Positions 40,326 through 49,398 of a stretch of DNA of 64,000 nucleotides are shown piece after piece (positions within the stretch are counted from its first letter, which is position 1; each line of letters starts with the position of its first letter). Under the pieces are notes generated by a model. It made no database searches. It worked only from the letters and a program-made list of their open reading frames with translations, and had not been told where the DNA came from. A program made the translations under genes and the position numbers. Source of the stretch: Patescibacteria group bacterium UBA3466 (GTDB lineage: Bacteria; Patescibacteriota; Minisyncoccia; Phycocordibacterales; UBA918); NCBI GenBank assembly GCA_002378195.1, contig DFRJ01000001.1, forward strand, positions 29,517 to 93,516, given 5' to 3'.

Positions 40326-40742
40326 ATGAACGAAGAAAATACTCAAGTAGAAGCTCCTCAATTTGAAGGCGAGGAAATGAAAATGCCAGAAAACAGTTCG
40401 ATCGATGTTCCTACCGAAGAAAAAAATAGCAGCATTATCAACGCACCCCTCTTGGTCACCTTGGCTGTACTTTTGCTACTTATCCTTGGCGGCATGTTTT
40501 ACTGGCACAGCACTTTAGAAGCTCCTGCTCCAGAAGTTGCACCAGCAATTGAGCGACCGACCCCAGAAGAAAACAACGAACCAGAAAGCACCACCGCTGA
40601 AGCTCAAACCGAAGCCACCGAAACTACCAGCACATCCGATGAAATCTCTGCGATTGAGGCCGATATTGAAGCGACCGACCTAGAGTCACTTGATGCCGAG
40701 CTTAATGCCATCGATGCTGAAATCGAAGCAGCTTTGCAGTAA
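40326..40742 (+). CDS. Acidic single-pass membrane protein
   Basis: 138-aa ORF with one transmembrane helix and a Glu-rich composition. Confidence 0.5.
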   Translation: MNEENTQVEAPQFEGEEMKMPENSSIDVPTEEKNSSIINAPLLVTLAVLLLLILGGMFYWHSTLEAPAPEVAPAIERPTPEENNEPESTTAEAQTEATETTSTSDEISAIEADIEATDLESLDAELNAIDAEIEAALQ

Positions 40743-40757
40743 CGAACTATTAAAAAA

Positions 40758-40865
40758 GGCCGGGGGTCAAGTTTCTAATTCGCTTACGCTCATAAGAACT
40801 TCCTCCCCGGACTCGCCTTTTTCTGCTCTAGGAATGAGCAGAAAATATGGCTCCGTCTCAAAAAG
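40758..40865 (-). repeat. Mosaic intergenic element, copy C
   Basis: The reverse complement reads ...gagacggagccatattttctgctcattcctagagcagaaaaaggcgagtccggggaggaagttctta tgagcgtaagcgaattagaaacttgaccc. It shares the ggagccata/hairpin/ggcgag module with A and B and the ccggggaggaagttctta...gaaacttgaccc module with D. Confidence 0.7.
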
Positions 40866-40990
40866 CTAGAAAACCTGCAGCAGTGCAGGTTTTCTTTTAC
40901 GCTTTTAGCGAAGGCGCCGGCTTTTTTAAATAACACAATTACTGTGTAACGGTTGCATTTTCTTCGATCTTCCGTACACTAGCGGGCACT

Positions 40991-42145
40991 ATGTCAAACA
41001 CACATTCTGTAGATTTTAAAGAAGCTTTTTCAGTTGAAAAATTGGATGGTTCTCAGGTAAAAATTTCTGGTGAACTACCATACGCTGAACTCGAAAGCGA
41101 AAAGAAGGCCGCATTAGTAGCACTTGGAAAAAACGTTGAATTAGACGGCTTTAGAAAAGGTAACGTCCCAACTCCCGTACTAGAAAAGCACCTCGGAGAA
41201 ATGGCTATTTTGGGAGAGATGGCTGAACGAGCAATCGCTCACTCATACCCACACGTTGTAGAGGCACATGAGCTTGAAGTAATTGGTCAGCCCCAAATTG
41301 AAGTGAAGAAATTGGCTCCAAACAACCCGCTCGAATTTTCTATCACTGTTGCAGTAGTCCCTAAGTTTGAACTACCGGACTACAACGCAGTTGCTAAAGA
41401 AGTAAACGCTAACCGCCCATCAGACGAAGTGACTGATGAAGAGCTGGAAGAAAAGATCAAAGAAATCCAAAAGCAAAAGCGCGCGTACGAACGTATGCAA
41501 GAGTTGGCACAAAAGAATGCTGACAAGCCAGAAGCAGCAGAGGGTGACCTGCCAACTCCCGAAACGGTAGAGAAGGCGGACGAAGGGCCAACTGCCGAAG
41601 AGCTTGAAAAGATGCCGCTTCCAGAATTGACTGATGAGTACGTAAAGACACTCGGTCAACCAGGCCAATTTGAAACAGTTGATGATTTCAAGAGCAAACT
41701 ACGTGAGCACCTCGAAACAGAAAAGCAGCAGCAGAATGTTGCTAAGCACCGAGCAGACATTACTGACGGTATCATCGACAAGACAGACATCAACCTCCCA
41801 CAAATCCTCATTGATTCAGAAATCAATCAAATGTTCGCTCAGATGGAAGAGGATATCAAACGGTCTGATCTCAAAATGGAAGACTACCTTGCTCACATCA
41901 AGAAGACTCGAGATGATCTGAAACAAGAATGGATGCCCGCAGCTGAAAAGCGAGCAAAGCTCCAACTTGTCCTGAACGAAATTGCTAAGAAGGAAGAGAT
42001 TACTCCTGACAAAGACGCGGTGGAAGCTCAAACACAAGAATTGTTGGAACGATTCAAAGACGCTGACAAGCACCGAGTACAACTCTACGTCGCTTCAGTC
42101 CTCTTGAATGAAGCCGTCATGAAATCACTGGAAGAAGCTAAATAA
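40991..42145 (+). CDS. tig: Trigger factor, apparently lacking the PPIase domain
   Basis: The N-terminal ribosome-binding domain carries the GFRKGNVP signature. The 384-aa length and the absence of an FKBP-like segment suggest an N-domain plus C-domain architecture only. Confidence 0.75.
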   Translation: MSNTHSVDFKEAFSVEKLDGSQVKISGELPYAELESEKKAALVALGKNVELDGFRKGNVPTPVLEKHLGEMAILGEMAERAIAHSYPHVVEAHELEVIGQPQIEVKKLAPNNPLEFSITVAVVPKFELPDYNAVAKEVNANRPSDEVTDEELEEKIKEIQKQKRAYERMQELAQKNADKPEAAEGDLPTPETVEKADEGPTAEELEKMPLPELTDEYVKTLGQPGQFETVDDFKSKLREHLETEKQQQNVAKHRADITDGIIDKTDINLPQILIDSEINQMFAQMEEDIKRSDLKMEDYLAHIKKTRDDLKQEWMPAAEKRAKLQLVLNEIAKKEEITPDKDAVEAQTQELLERFKDADKHRVQLYVASVLLNEAVMKSLEEAK

Positions 42146-42162
42146 ACTCGCCACAAAAGAAT

Positions 42163-42194
42163 AAAAAGGCCGGCGCGAAGCGCCGGCCTTTTTA
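42163..42194. terminator. Intrinsic terminator
   Basis: aaaaa-ggccggcgcg-aa-gcgccggcc-ttttt. Confidence 0.8.
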
Positions 42195-42211
42195 ATAATT
42201 TGACGTTATAT

Positions 42212-42380
42212 TTGACATTATTAAGGATAATAGATATCTTTCTCCAACACCAATTTGTTTGGTGACTTAATGGAGTTACCCTTTACTGCATTTCTCTAAG
42301 TCTGAGGTCCAAACAATTGCAACCTGAGAAGGTCCTAGGGTGTCCCGGCGGCGAAGCCTTGCTTCGCCGCCTTTTTCTTT
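42212..42380 (+). ncRNA. Candidate small RNA or leader between tig and clpP
   Basis: A TTGACA -35-like hexamer at 42212 is followed by an AT-rich -10 region. The unit ends at the hairpin ggcggcgaagc-cttg-cttcgccgcc plus ttttt (42347-42380). It is bounded upstream by the tig terminator, and no ORF of 30 aa or more is present. Confidence 0.3.
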
Positions 42381-42458
42381 GCCTCCTTAACAATAATTGT
42401 GTAGGATTTAGTTCTGCAGCGAATGAAATGACTGGCAGATTAATACGTATTTACTTTT

Positions 42459-43064
42459 ATGACATCTGAAAAAAATAAACCGGAAGAAAACTACTTGGTG
42501 CCGACCGTGATCGAAAAAGTCCAAGGTGGTGAACGGGCGTTTGATATTTACTCACGACTACTGAAGGAACGCATTATCTTTGTGACCGGGCCAATTGAAG
42601 ACCATATGGCCAACCTGATTGTGGCGCAGCTACTTTTCCTTGAATCAGAAGACCCAAAGAAAGATATTTTCTTGTATGTAAACTCACCGGGTGGGAGCGT
42701 GACCGCTGGTTTGTCGATTATTGACACCATGCATCACATCAAGCCAAACGTAGCGACCGTATGTGTCGGACTAGCAGCCTCAATGGGGTCACTTATCCTC
42801 TCACAAGGAGAAAAAGGTAAGCGGTTTATCCTGCCGAACGCCGAAGTAATGATCCACCAACCATCAGGCGGAGCTTATGGCCAAGCATCAGACATCGATA
42901 TCACCGCCAAACACATCTTGAAGACCCGGGAACGACTGAACAAAATGCTGGCAAAAGCAACGGGTCAAAAACTCGACCAAATCCAAAAGGATGTTGACCG
43001 CGACTTCTTTATGGATGCTGATGAAGCGAAGAAATATGGGATCGTAGATAAGATTTATAAATAA
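42459..43064 (+). CDS. clpP: ATP-dependent Clp protease proteolytic subunit
   Basis: ClpP family similarity, with the Ser in GLAASMGS and the His in MIHQPSGG. Confidence 0.9.
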   Translation: MTSEKNKPEENYLVPTVIEKVQGGERAFDIYSRLLKERIIFVTGPIEDHMANLIVAQLLFLESEDPKKDIFLYVNSPGGSVTAGLSIIDTMHHIKPNVATVCVGLAASMGSLILSQGEKGKRFILPNAEVMIHQPSGGAYGQASDIDITAKHILKTRERLNKMLAKATGQKLDQIQKDVDRDFFMDADEAKKYGIVDKIYK

Positions 43065-43080
43065 ATCTTATCTACGATCA

Positions 43081-43204
43081 GGCGGAGCGATGTGAGGAGC
43101 GGCTTTAGCCCGCCGTGACGAACCAGCGAGCCCGGGGAGGAAGTTCTTACTAGAATTGGAGCGTAGCGAACAATTATAGTTAGAAACTTGACCCTCGTAG
43201 ATAA
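43081..43204 (+). repeat. Mosaic intergenic element, copy D
   Basis: ggcggagcgatgtgaggagcggctttagcccgccgtgacgaaccagcgagcccggggaggaagttctta...gaaacttgaccc. The first half matches E and the second half matches C. Confidence 0.7.
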
Positions 43205-43233
43205 AATCTACAAGTAAGGTAAATAAAAAGGCC

Positions 43234-43270
43234 GGCGCCTTCGGCGCCGGCCTTTTTATTTACAAACCTC
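43234..43270. terminator. Intrinsic terminator
   Basis: aaaaa-ggccggcgcc-ttcg-gcgccggcc-ttttt. Confidence 0.8.
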
Positions 43271-43324
43271 ACCCACTTTAGTACAGTTCATAGGAACTGA
43301 TTAAGAATTTTAAGGAATATAGTT

Positions 43325-44854
43325 ATGCCGCCATTAGTATTTACGGTTGCATTGGCCATAGCTTTGTTTCTCGGTATTGTTGGAGGGTATATCGTGCGCT
43401 ACCTGCACGCTCAATCAAAGAAAAACTCGCTGGAATTAACTCTGAAGGAAAAGGAAATAACGGCAGAAAAGAAAGCGCTGAAGATTGTTGAGGAAGCGGA
43501 AAAGAAAGCGGAACAAATCGAGAAAGAAGCTAAAGCTGAACGCAAGCATCTGGAAGAAAAGCTGGAACAAAAGGAAGAAAGACTGGGTAAGAAAGAAGAA
43601 ATTTTAGACGAAAGACAAATCGATATCGACTCAGAAAAAGAATCCCTTAAGGAAAAGGTGGAGCAAATTAAGAGTATTAAGTCTCAGCTCGATGCTAGAG
43701 GTGAAGAAGCCGATCAAAAACTAGCCGAGGTAGCTGGCTTGAACAAAGAAGAAGCCTTTGAGCGCATCATCCAGAAAGCCGAACACGAACGGGCTGAAGA
43801 TATTTACGAACGCATCCAGAAGATCGAACGAGCCGGTGAAGAACAGTTTGAAACCAAAGCCCAAAACCTGCTTTTAGCAGCTATTCATCGTGTCGGCAAC
43901 ACCATGTCCCCCAACCTCATGACTTCTCATGTCGAAATTCCTAGTGATGACCTTAAAGGTAAAGTGATTGGTAAGGAAGGACGTAACGTTCGAGCCTTCG
44001 AACGCGCGACCGGGGTCGATGTACTCATCGATGAATCGCCAGGTTATATCGTCTTGTCTTCATTTGACCCTATCCGCCGAGAAATTGCCCGCGTGGCACT
44101 TGAGGCTTTATTAAAAGATGGCCGTATCCAACCAGCCAAAATCGAAGAAGAAGTAGATAATGCTCGAAAGACCGTCGCGAAGACCGTGCGCGAAATGGGC
44201 GACAAAGCTGCTTATGAAGCTAATGTTCCTAATCTCCATCCCGACCTCCTTACCATTCTTGGACGACTCCACTTCCGCACCAGCTATGGCCAAAATGTTT
44301 TGTGGCACTCAGTTGAAATGGCACACATGGCCGGCATTATTGCTGAAGAGATTGGGGCTGATGTAGCAGTAGCTCGAGCCGGCGCCTTACTACACGACAT
44401 CGGCAAAACTGTCAGTCATGAAGTGGCCGGTACCCACGTTGAGATTGGTATTCGTATCCTTGAGAAATACGGCGTCAGTCAAGATGTTATTCTCGCGATG
44501 CGGGCTCACCATGAAGAGTACCCATACGAAACTCCAGAATCTATCATCGTACAAGTAGCCGACGCTATCTCCGGCGGCCGGCCAGGCGCTAGGCGTGATT
44601 CACTAGAGAACTACGTGAAGCGCCTATCTGACCTTGAAAACATCGCGACTAAACTCGCTGGAGTAGAAAAAGCCTTTGCGATTGCCGCCGGTCGCGAGAT
44701 TAGAGTACTGGTAAACCCAACTACCCTCAACGACCTCGAGAGTAACAACCTCGCTCGCGAGATTGCCACCAGCATTGAAGCCCAACTCCGCTATCCTGGT
44801 GAAATTAAAGTTCACGTTATCCGGGAGACTAGAGTAATCAGTTACGCTCGGTAA
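43325..44854 (+). CDS. rny: Ribonuclease Y
   Basis: An N-terminal transmembrane helix is followed by a coiled coil, a KH domain and an HD domain (LLHDIGK). Confidence 0.9.
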   Translation: MPPLVFTVALAIALFLGIVGGYIVRYLHAQSKKNSLELTLKEKEITAEKKALKIVEEAEKKAEQIEKEAKAERKHLEEKLEQKEERLGKKEEILDERQIDIDSEKESLKEKVEQIKSIKSQLDARGEEADQKLAEVAGLNKEEAFERIIQKAEHERAEDIYERIQKIERAGEEQFETKAQNLLLAAIHRVGNTMSPNLMTSHVEIPSDDLKGKVIGKEGRNVRAFERATGVDVLIDESPGYIVLSSFDPIRREIARVALEALLKDGRIQPAKIEEEVDNARKTVAKTVREMGDKAAYEANVPNLHPDLLTILGRLHFRTSYGQNVLWHSVEMAHMAGIIAEEIGADVAVARAGALLHDIGKTVSHEVAGTHVEIGIRILEKYGVSQDVILAMRAHHEEYPYETPESIIVQVADAISGGRPGARRDSLENYVKRLSDLENIATKLAGVEKAFAIAAGREIRVLVNPTTLNDLESNNLAREIATSIEAQLRYPGEIKVHVIRETRVISYAR

Positions 44855-44871
44855 CATTTCAGACTATTAAA

Positions 44872-44919
44872 AAAGGCCGGAGGAGCAAAGCTCCTCCGGC
44901 CTTTAGCCTAAACATGCTA
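44872..44919. repeat. 48-nt repeat (terminator hairpin plus tail), copy 1
   Basis: aaaggccggaggagcaaagctcctccggcctttagcctaaacatgcta is identical to 46545-46592. It lies between convergent genes, and its last 3 nt give the TAG stop of the minus-strand gene. Confidence 0.85.
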
Positions 44920-45588
44920 CCCCCGTAAACGTGCCCGCACCATCAAGTATGACGGATACGTGTCACCGTTAATCTCTTCGCAGCCATCTGACAATCCTTC
45001 TTCTAGAGAGATCAGATCAAAATTTTGAAGAAAAAAAGGATTAAAGAAATCTACAAATGTATGACTTGGCTCCGCCACCGTAACTTTTCCATCGAATAAA
45101 ACTGAGTGCACAACCTCCTGTTTAAAGTAATTCTTACCAACTCTTTTCTTCTCGACGAACTGCCGAATCGGATGAACCCAAAGAAAGACTATTTCTGCGG
45201 CAGGATTCAGATGCTGCACCAACCTGAGAAGGAATGAATGGTAGGAGTATACATTTTGGATTGCCCATTTACTTACGACCAAATCAAAACTTTCTTTGGC
45301 AGGAAGGCCGTTGAGCGTTTCCATATCTGAAACATACAAATTGTCGGCTACTGCTTTTGTCTTCGCAACACTAATCATATCAGGCGAAATATCAAGGCCA
45401 ACAATTCTAGATGCTCCCCTAGATTGATACTCGATAAATTCATCACCTGGACCGCATCCCAAATCAAGCAACTTCTTACCAACCAATGAATCGGGTATCG
45501 ATCTCAGGAATGAACGAGTGCAATGCTGCTTGTACCCATCAAATAAATTCCATCCGAAAGATAGCTCGCCATCATATTGGTTTTTCAT
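44917..45588 (-). CDS. Class I SAM-dependent methyltransferase
   Basis: LLDLGCGPGDEF is motif I. The start was moved to the Met with a GGAG RBS (MKNQYDG). Confidence 0.75.
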   Translation of the reverse strand: MKNQYDGELSFGWNLFDGYKQHCTRSFLRSIPDSLVGKKLLDLGCGPGDEFIEYQSRGASRIVGLDISPDMISVAKTKAVADNLYVSDMETLNGLPAKESFDLVVSKWAIQNVYSYHSFLLRLVQHLNPAAEIVFLWVHPIRQFVEKKRVGKNYFKQEVVHSVLFDGKVTVAEPSHTFVDFFNPFFLQNFDLISLEEGLSDGCEEINGDTYPSYLMVRARLRG

Positions 45589-45696
45589 AGAACTTCTCCT
45601 TTTAATAAAGACCAAGGTGAAAACATTAAAACGTAAATTTTTGACAATTTCAAAAATAAATGTATTAATGTATTAAATTTAAAGTTTTTCTTTAAA

Positions 45697-46521
45697 ATGT
45701 TTAACTCAAAACATCAATCAACTGAAGACAAGTTAATCTCCCTACTGCTCAATGGAGAGCATACCGTCGCAGAATTATTCAAACAGCTCAACCAAAATGG
45801 CCATAAGATATCGCTACAAGCAGTCTACGACGCTATCAGACAGCTTGTTTCTGCGGGAGTGGTGATAAAGCAATCAAAATTATGCAGCCTAGATGCAGAG
45901 TGGAGAATTAAAACTGCAAATATCTTAAGTAGCACTCCCTCCTTGCCGGAGCCGCTGGAAGGCGAAGCGCAAACATTTAACTTTAATTCGTTTAACAGTT
46001 TGGATACTTATTGGAAACACATTAATGCTCTACTGACCCGAGCTGTTCCTGATTACCCTGTTTTTTATTTCGTGTCGCATGAGTTTTGGGTGTATCAGGA
46101 GGAAAGAAAAGAGAGTCAGCTAGATTTCATCAAGCAACAAACGAGTAAGCGAAGTACGTACATTCTTATCGGTGGCACAACTCAATACGACAAAATATAC
46201 AAAGAAAGGTTCAGGCAATACCGTCAGATTGAACTAAGTGAATTTACTCCACTCAAACGACATGAACATCTTACAGTATGTGGTGACTTTGTAATTTTCA
46301 CTAAAATTACAAAAACGACATCGGAATTGATAGATAAAATATACCAGGAAAGTGTAAATGAAACTGAATTAACATCTTCATTACAAAAAATCTTTACCTC
46401 GAAGCAAAAAACGTCTCTGGTCATCAAGCGCGATGCAAGCCTTGCAATAAAATTAAGAAAGCAGATTAGTAAGAACATGTACCTCCCAAAAGAAGAAAGA
46501 GAGAAGTGGAAATTCTTCTAA
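45697..46521 (+). CDS. Hypothetical protein with an N-terminal winged-helix-like region
   Basis: LISLLLNGEHTVAELFKQL...AVYDAIRQLVSAGVV resembles a MarR/ArsR-like winged helix. The rest of the 274-aa product is unknown. Confidence 0.45.
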   Translation: MFNSKHQSTEDKLISLLLNGEHTVAELFKQLNQNGHKISLQAVYDAIRQLVSAGVVIKQSKLCSLDAEWRIKTANILSSTPSLPEPLEGEAQTFNFNSFNSLDTYWKHINALLTRAVPDYPVFYFVSHEFWVYQEERKESQLDFIKQQTSKRSTYILIGGTTQYDKIYKERFRQYRQIELSEFTPLKRHEHLTVCGDFVIFTKITKTTSELIDKIYQESVNETELTSSLQKIFTSKQKTSLVIKRDASLAIKLRKQISKNMYLPKEEREKWKFF

Positions 46522-46544
46522 ACCTTACTAATTTTCATAAAGAG

Positions 46545-46592
46545 AAAGGCCGGAGGAGCAAAGCTCCTCCGGCCTTTAGCCTAAACATGCTA
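46545..46592. repeat. 48-nt repeat, copy 2
   Basis: Identical to 44872-44919, and again it supplies the stop codon of the minus-strand gene at 46590. Confidence 0.85.
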
Positions 46593-47153
46593 GGCGTGTT
46601 TTTGTGCTCGCATCTCAGGTCGCAAAGCAGGATCGGTTTTACTATCCCAGCCTTGGATCTCAAAGAGCCAAGTCATGATCGGTTCATGATCATCGGCTTC
46701 ACTAAAAACACAAAAGTAGGCATTTATAAAGCCGGCATCTTCATAACGAAGCGTAACGTCAAGCTTAAAGCCTTCCCGGAAGGCAACAGCAACTGTGCTG
46801 GTCAACCAAAGATCAAGCTTAGCGGCATTGCCTTCAGCTATCATCTCAGCTAGTGTCGGCAAGGATATCAGCGTACATTCAGGAAGATGAGAAGAGTTCA
46901 GGAGAACATGCTCCAATCCATCATGACCACGCTCGGTTAGGATCATCTGATATTCCCGCTCGGTAGATTTCGAACCAGCAAACAAATTTGCTTCGATCTG
47001 AAACCACGGCTCGCCACGATCATGTGCTGACACGAAATGCAGCTCAATAAAAATTGAATCAGCCAGCATTTCTAGTCGGTCAAGGTTAATGGAGGAACCT
47101 TCGATCACGAAAGTATTCTCCAATTCCGGCTTCTTGAAAGGAACTACTACCAT
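46590..47153 (-). CDS. Hypothetical protein
   Basis: The start was set at MVVVPF, which has the RBS ggagagaaga. Confidence 0.45.
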   Translation of the reverse strand: MVVVPFKKPELENTFVIEGSSINLDRLEMLADSIFIELHFVSAHDRGEPWFQIEANLFAGSKSTEREYQMILTERGHDGLEHVLLNSSHLPECTLISLPTLAEMIAEGNAAKLDLWLTSTVAVAFREGFKLDVTLRYEDAGFINAYFCVFSEADDHEPIMTWLFEIQGWDSKTDPALRPEMRAQKHA

Positions 47154-47269
47154 TCTTCTCTCCTTATTAGAGTTGGTTTGGTGGCTGGCATAATACGGAT
47201 TTAGGATAGAAAAGTCAAACAAAAAACAGGCCTGCGTGAGCAAGCCTGTTGGGTTGAAGGTAGTCTGTA

Positions 47270-47779
47270 TCAGTGGCGGAGTGCACTCAACAGCTCCTTC
47301 GAAGGTGCGCTACGAGACTCAGTCTCGTAGACAGCGGTCGACCGAATGAACGCCACCGGCACATCGTAGGTTTTAAAGGGTCGAAAAGACACAACATACT
47401 GCCCCTCTTGCCAGTTCAAGCGAATTTCGCAGGTGTGCGCTAGAAATGCCACCGCTTCCTGAGCCAAAATCCGGCGTAGCTGATCGAGACTGCGATAACC
47501 TGCTGCCAGGCTCTGCAAGCGACCAAGACTCATTCGATGACTGGTGACCAATTCGCTCAGTCCCTCTTCTTCCAGCTCAACCACATAGCGCTTATGAGAC
47601 AAGTGATTGTCGTCACCAAACCACAGTGACCCTCTCCAAATCAAATCTGACTTAACCTCCAGTCCGATTGTGAATTCGGCAGACTGTTCCTGCTCGCTGC
47701 TAATCGGATGTTGTGTCAGGCCCTTGAACTGCAGCTCAGGCACGGCTTCCGTAACACTGTAATCAAACTCATATTCCAT
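47270..47779 (-). CDS. Hypothetical protein
   Basis: A 169-aa ORF on the same strand as, and directly upstream of, the 46590 gene. Confidence 0.45.
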   Translation of the reverse strand: MEYEFDYSVTEAVPELQFKGLTQHPISSEQEQSAEFTIGLEVKSDLIWRGSLWFGDDNHLSHKRYVVELEEEGLSELVTSHRMSLGRLQSLAAGYRSLDQLRRILAQEAVAFLAHTCEIRLNWQEGQYVVSFRPFKTYDVPVAFIRSTAVYETESRSAPSKELLSALRH

Positions 47780-48006
47780 GAGTAGTACTCCTTCTGTTTG
47801 TTTGAGGTACTAAAATTTAAAGCCAAAAAAAATAATACTGAATATAATATAAATTGTCAATTATTTTATTACACCATACATTATCTACCTGTGTAGTCGT
47901 TGCAGGTGATATACGTTGCTATATAATGTTTTGTAAGCCAATAAGGCAAACGTGCTTGGGCAACTCGCCCACCACACATTAATCACACAATTTTAATTCA
48001 GATTAT

Positions 48007-48279
48007 ATGAACAAAGCAGACATCATCAGCCAAGTACACGAAGTGCTAAACACTACCAAGGCAGACGCTGAACGAGCAGTAGACGCCGTATTCGCTAGCA
48101 TTGAATCAGCTATGAAGGACGGTACTCAAGTATCAGTAGCTGGATTTGGTATCTTTGAAGCCAAGATGCGAGCAGCTCGAGAAGCACGTAACCCTCGAAC
48201 TGGTGAAACAGTACAAGTACCCGCAATGCGAGTACCAAAGTTTAGAGCAGCTAAGGCTCTAAAGGACGCTGTAAAATAA
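48007..48279 (+). CDS. hup: DNA-binding protein HU
   Basis: MNKADIISQV...GFGIFEAKMRAAREARNPRTGETVQVPA is the HU/IHF signature. Confidence 0.9.
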   Translation: MNKADIISQVHEVLNTTKADAERAVDAVFASIESAMKDGTQVSVAGFGIFEAKMRAAREARNPRTGETVQVPAMRVPKFRAAKALKDAVK

Positions 48280-48291
48280 GCCTTTCTATTT

Positions 48292-48328
48292 AAAAAGGGC
48301 GCGGGCCTACGGCCCGCGCCCTTTTTCT
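48292..48328. terminator. Intrinsic terminator
   Basis: aaaaa-gggcgcgggcc-tac-ggcccgcgccc-ttttt. Confidence 0.8.
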
Positions 48329-48360
48329 TGCCTCTCACAAAGATATGTTATACTAGTCGA

Positions 48361-48437
48361 GTAACGGAGGTAATATCGTTACGGAGGAAATACAAGTTAT
48401 TTCCCACCACACTGTAAGAGCCCCGACGGGGGCTTTT
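48361..48437 (+). ncRNA. Candidate small RNA upstream of tRNA-Gly
   Basis: A promoter-like TTGCCT...TATACT at 48328-48354 precedes the unit, and the hairpin agcccc-gac-ggggct plus tttt at 48418-48437 ends it. The roughly 77-nt transcript carries two copies of g(t)taacggagg and no ORF. Confidence 0.3.
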
Positions 48438-48494
48438 ACTTTGAAGATTGAAATTCTTATCTGTTGTGATAGGATTGTGGAACTTCAATTTACC

Positions 48495-48565
48495 GCGGGT
48501 GTAGTTTAGTGGTAAAACGACTGCCTTCCAAGCAGTAGTCGGGAGTTCGATTCTTCTCACCCGCA
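48495..48565 (+). tRNA. tRNA-Gly (anticodon TCC)
   Basis: It folds as a cloverleaf by hand: acceptor gcgggtg/cacccgc, D-arm gttt/aaac, anticodon stem actgc/gcagt with loop cttccaa, and T-loop ttcgatt. A terminator follows at 48576-48605. Confidence 0.85.
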
Positions 48566-48615
48566 CAGCCAACATGAAAAGCCGTCCCGAAGGGGACGGC
48601 TTTTCTGTTGCTGCT

Positions 48616-48783
48616 GTGCGGAGTGGAGAAAGTGCCTTGAGGCACTTTCGTGAGGAATCGAACGCCGGAATGATGTGAGGAAGTATGACGAACGAATGAG
48701 GCGTGTCCCGCGGCACCTGCTAATTTATGAGGTACGAAATAAATTAGGTTGGTGACCGTCAGGACGATTCTTCCTCTCACCCT
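48616..48783 (+). repeat. Mosaic element copy F plus a degenerate tRNA-Gly 3'-end fragment
   Basis: gtgcggag...hairpin gaaagtgcc/ggcactttc...gatgtgaggaag...gacgaac...ggtgacc shares modules with D, E, A and B. It ends in ggtgacc-gtcaggac-gattcttcctctcaccc, which resembles the tRNA-Gly(TCC) 3' end gattcttctcacccgc. Confidence 0.5.
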
Positions 48784-48806
48784 ATTTAATCTGCTATACT
48801 CAGCAC

Positions 48807-49340
48807 ATGCAAAACAAACCACCAATGGAAACTGATTCACCAGAGGAACTGTTGGATTTGGTCGACGAAAATGACAACGTCATTGGCACAAAAAGCAGGA
48901 AGGAAATTTACGCTGAAGGTTTACGTAACTACAGAGTCGTTAACGCCTTTATAGTTAATTCTGAAGGGAAATTATGGATACCGAGAAGAGTTACTGCAAA
49001 GAAACTATTTCCAAACGGACTAGACTACAGTATAGCTGGTCATGTTGAGTCTGGAGAATCATACGAAGAAGGAATGAAGAAAGAAGCAATTGAAGAAGTG
49101 AATATTGATTTGAATGTTATCCCTTTTAAGGAAGTAGCTACTTTTACTCCTCACACTCACAACGTCCACTGTTTTCAGAAAGTGTATGTAATTGAATCTA
49201 ATGAAGCTCCAGATTACAACAGAGATGATTTTTCTGGTTACGAGTGGCTTTCTCCGGAAGAAATAATCAAAAGATATGAAGAGGGTGAGTATGGCAAGGA
49301 AGATATTCCTGAGGTGGTTAAGCTCTGCTTTCTCCAATAA
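48807..49340 (+). CDS. Nudix hydrolase
   Basis: GHVESGESYEEGMKKEAIEEVNI matches the Nudix box G-x5-E-x7-(K/R)E-x2-EE-x-(G/N)-U. TATACT lies 8 nt before the ATG, so the mRNA may be leaderless. Confidence 0.8.
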   Translation: MQNKPPMETDSPEELLDLVDENDNVIGTKSRKEIYAEGLRNYRVVNAFIVNSEGKLWIPRRVTAKKLFPNGLDYSIAGHVESGESYEEGMKKEAIEEVNIDLNVIPFKEVATFTPHTHNVHCFQKVYVIESNEAPDYNRDDFSGYEWLSPEEIIKRYEEGEYGKEDIPEVVKLCFLQ

Positions 49341-49370
49341 AAGTTCGAACATCGTTGAATAACCTGCACA
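49341..49370 (+). repeat. 30-nt direct repeat R1 (aagttcgaacatcgttgaataaccYgcaca)
   Basis: It begins immediately after the Nudix stop codon, and a unique hairpin terminator (aagcgccc-tgtt-gggcgctt) follows. Confidence 0.85.
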
Positions 49371-49398
49371 CATGATTTAAGCGCCCTGTTGGGCGCTT

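Noticed and set aside
48348-48840. Track ORFs 48348..48716(-) and 48490..48840(-)
   Set aside because: They read straight through tRNA-Gly(TCC), its terminator and mosaic element F. This is noncoding structured DNA.
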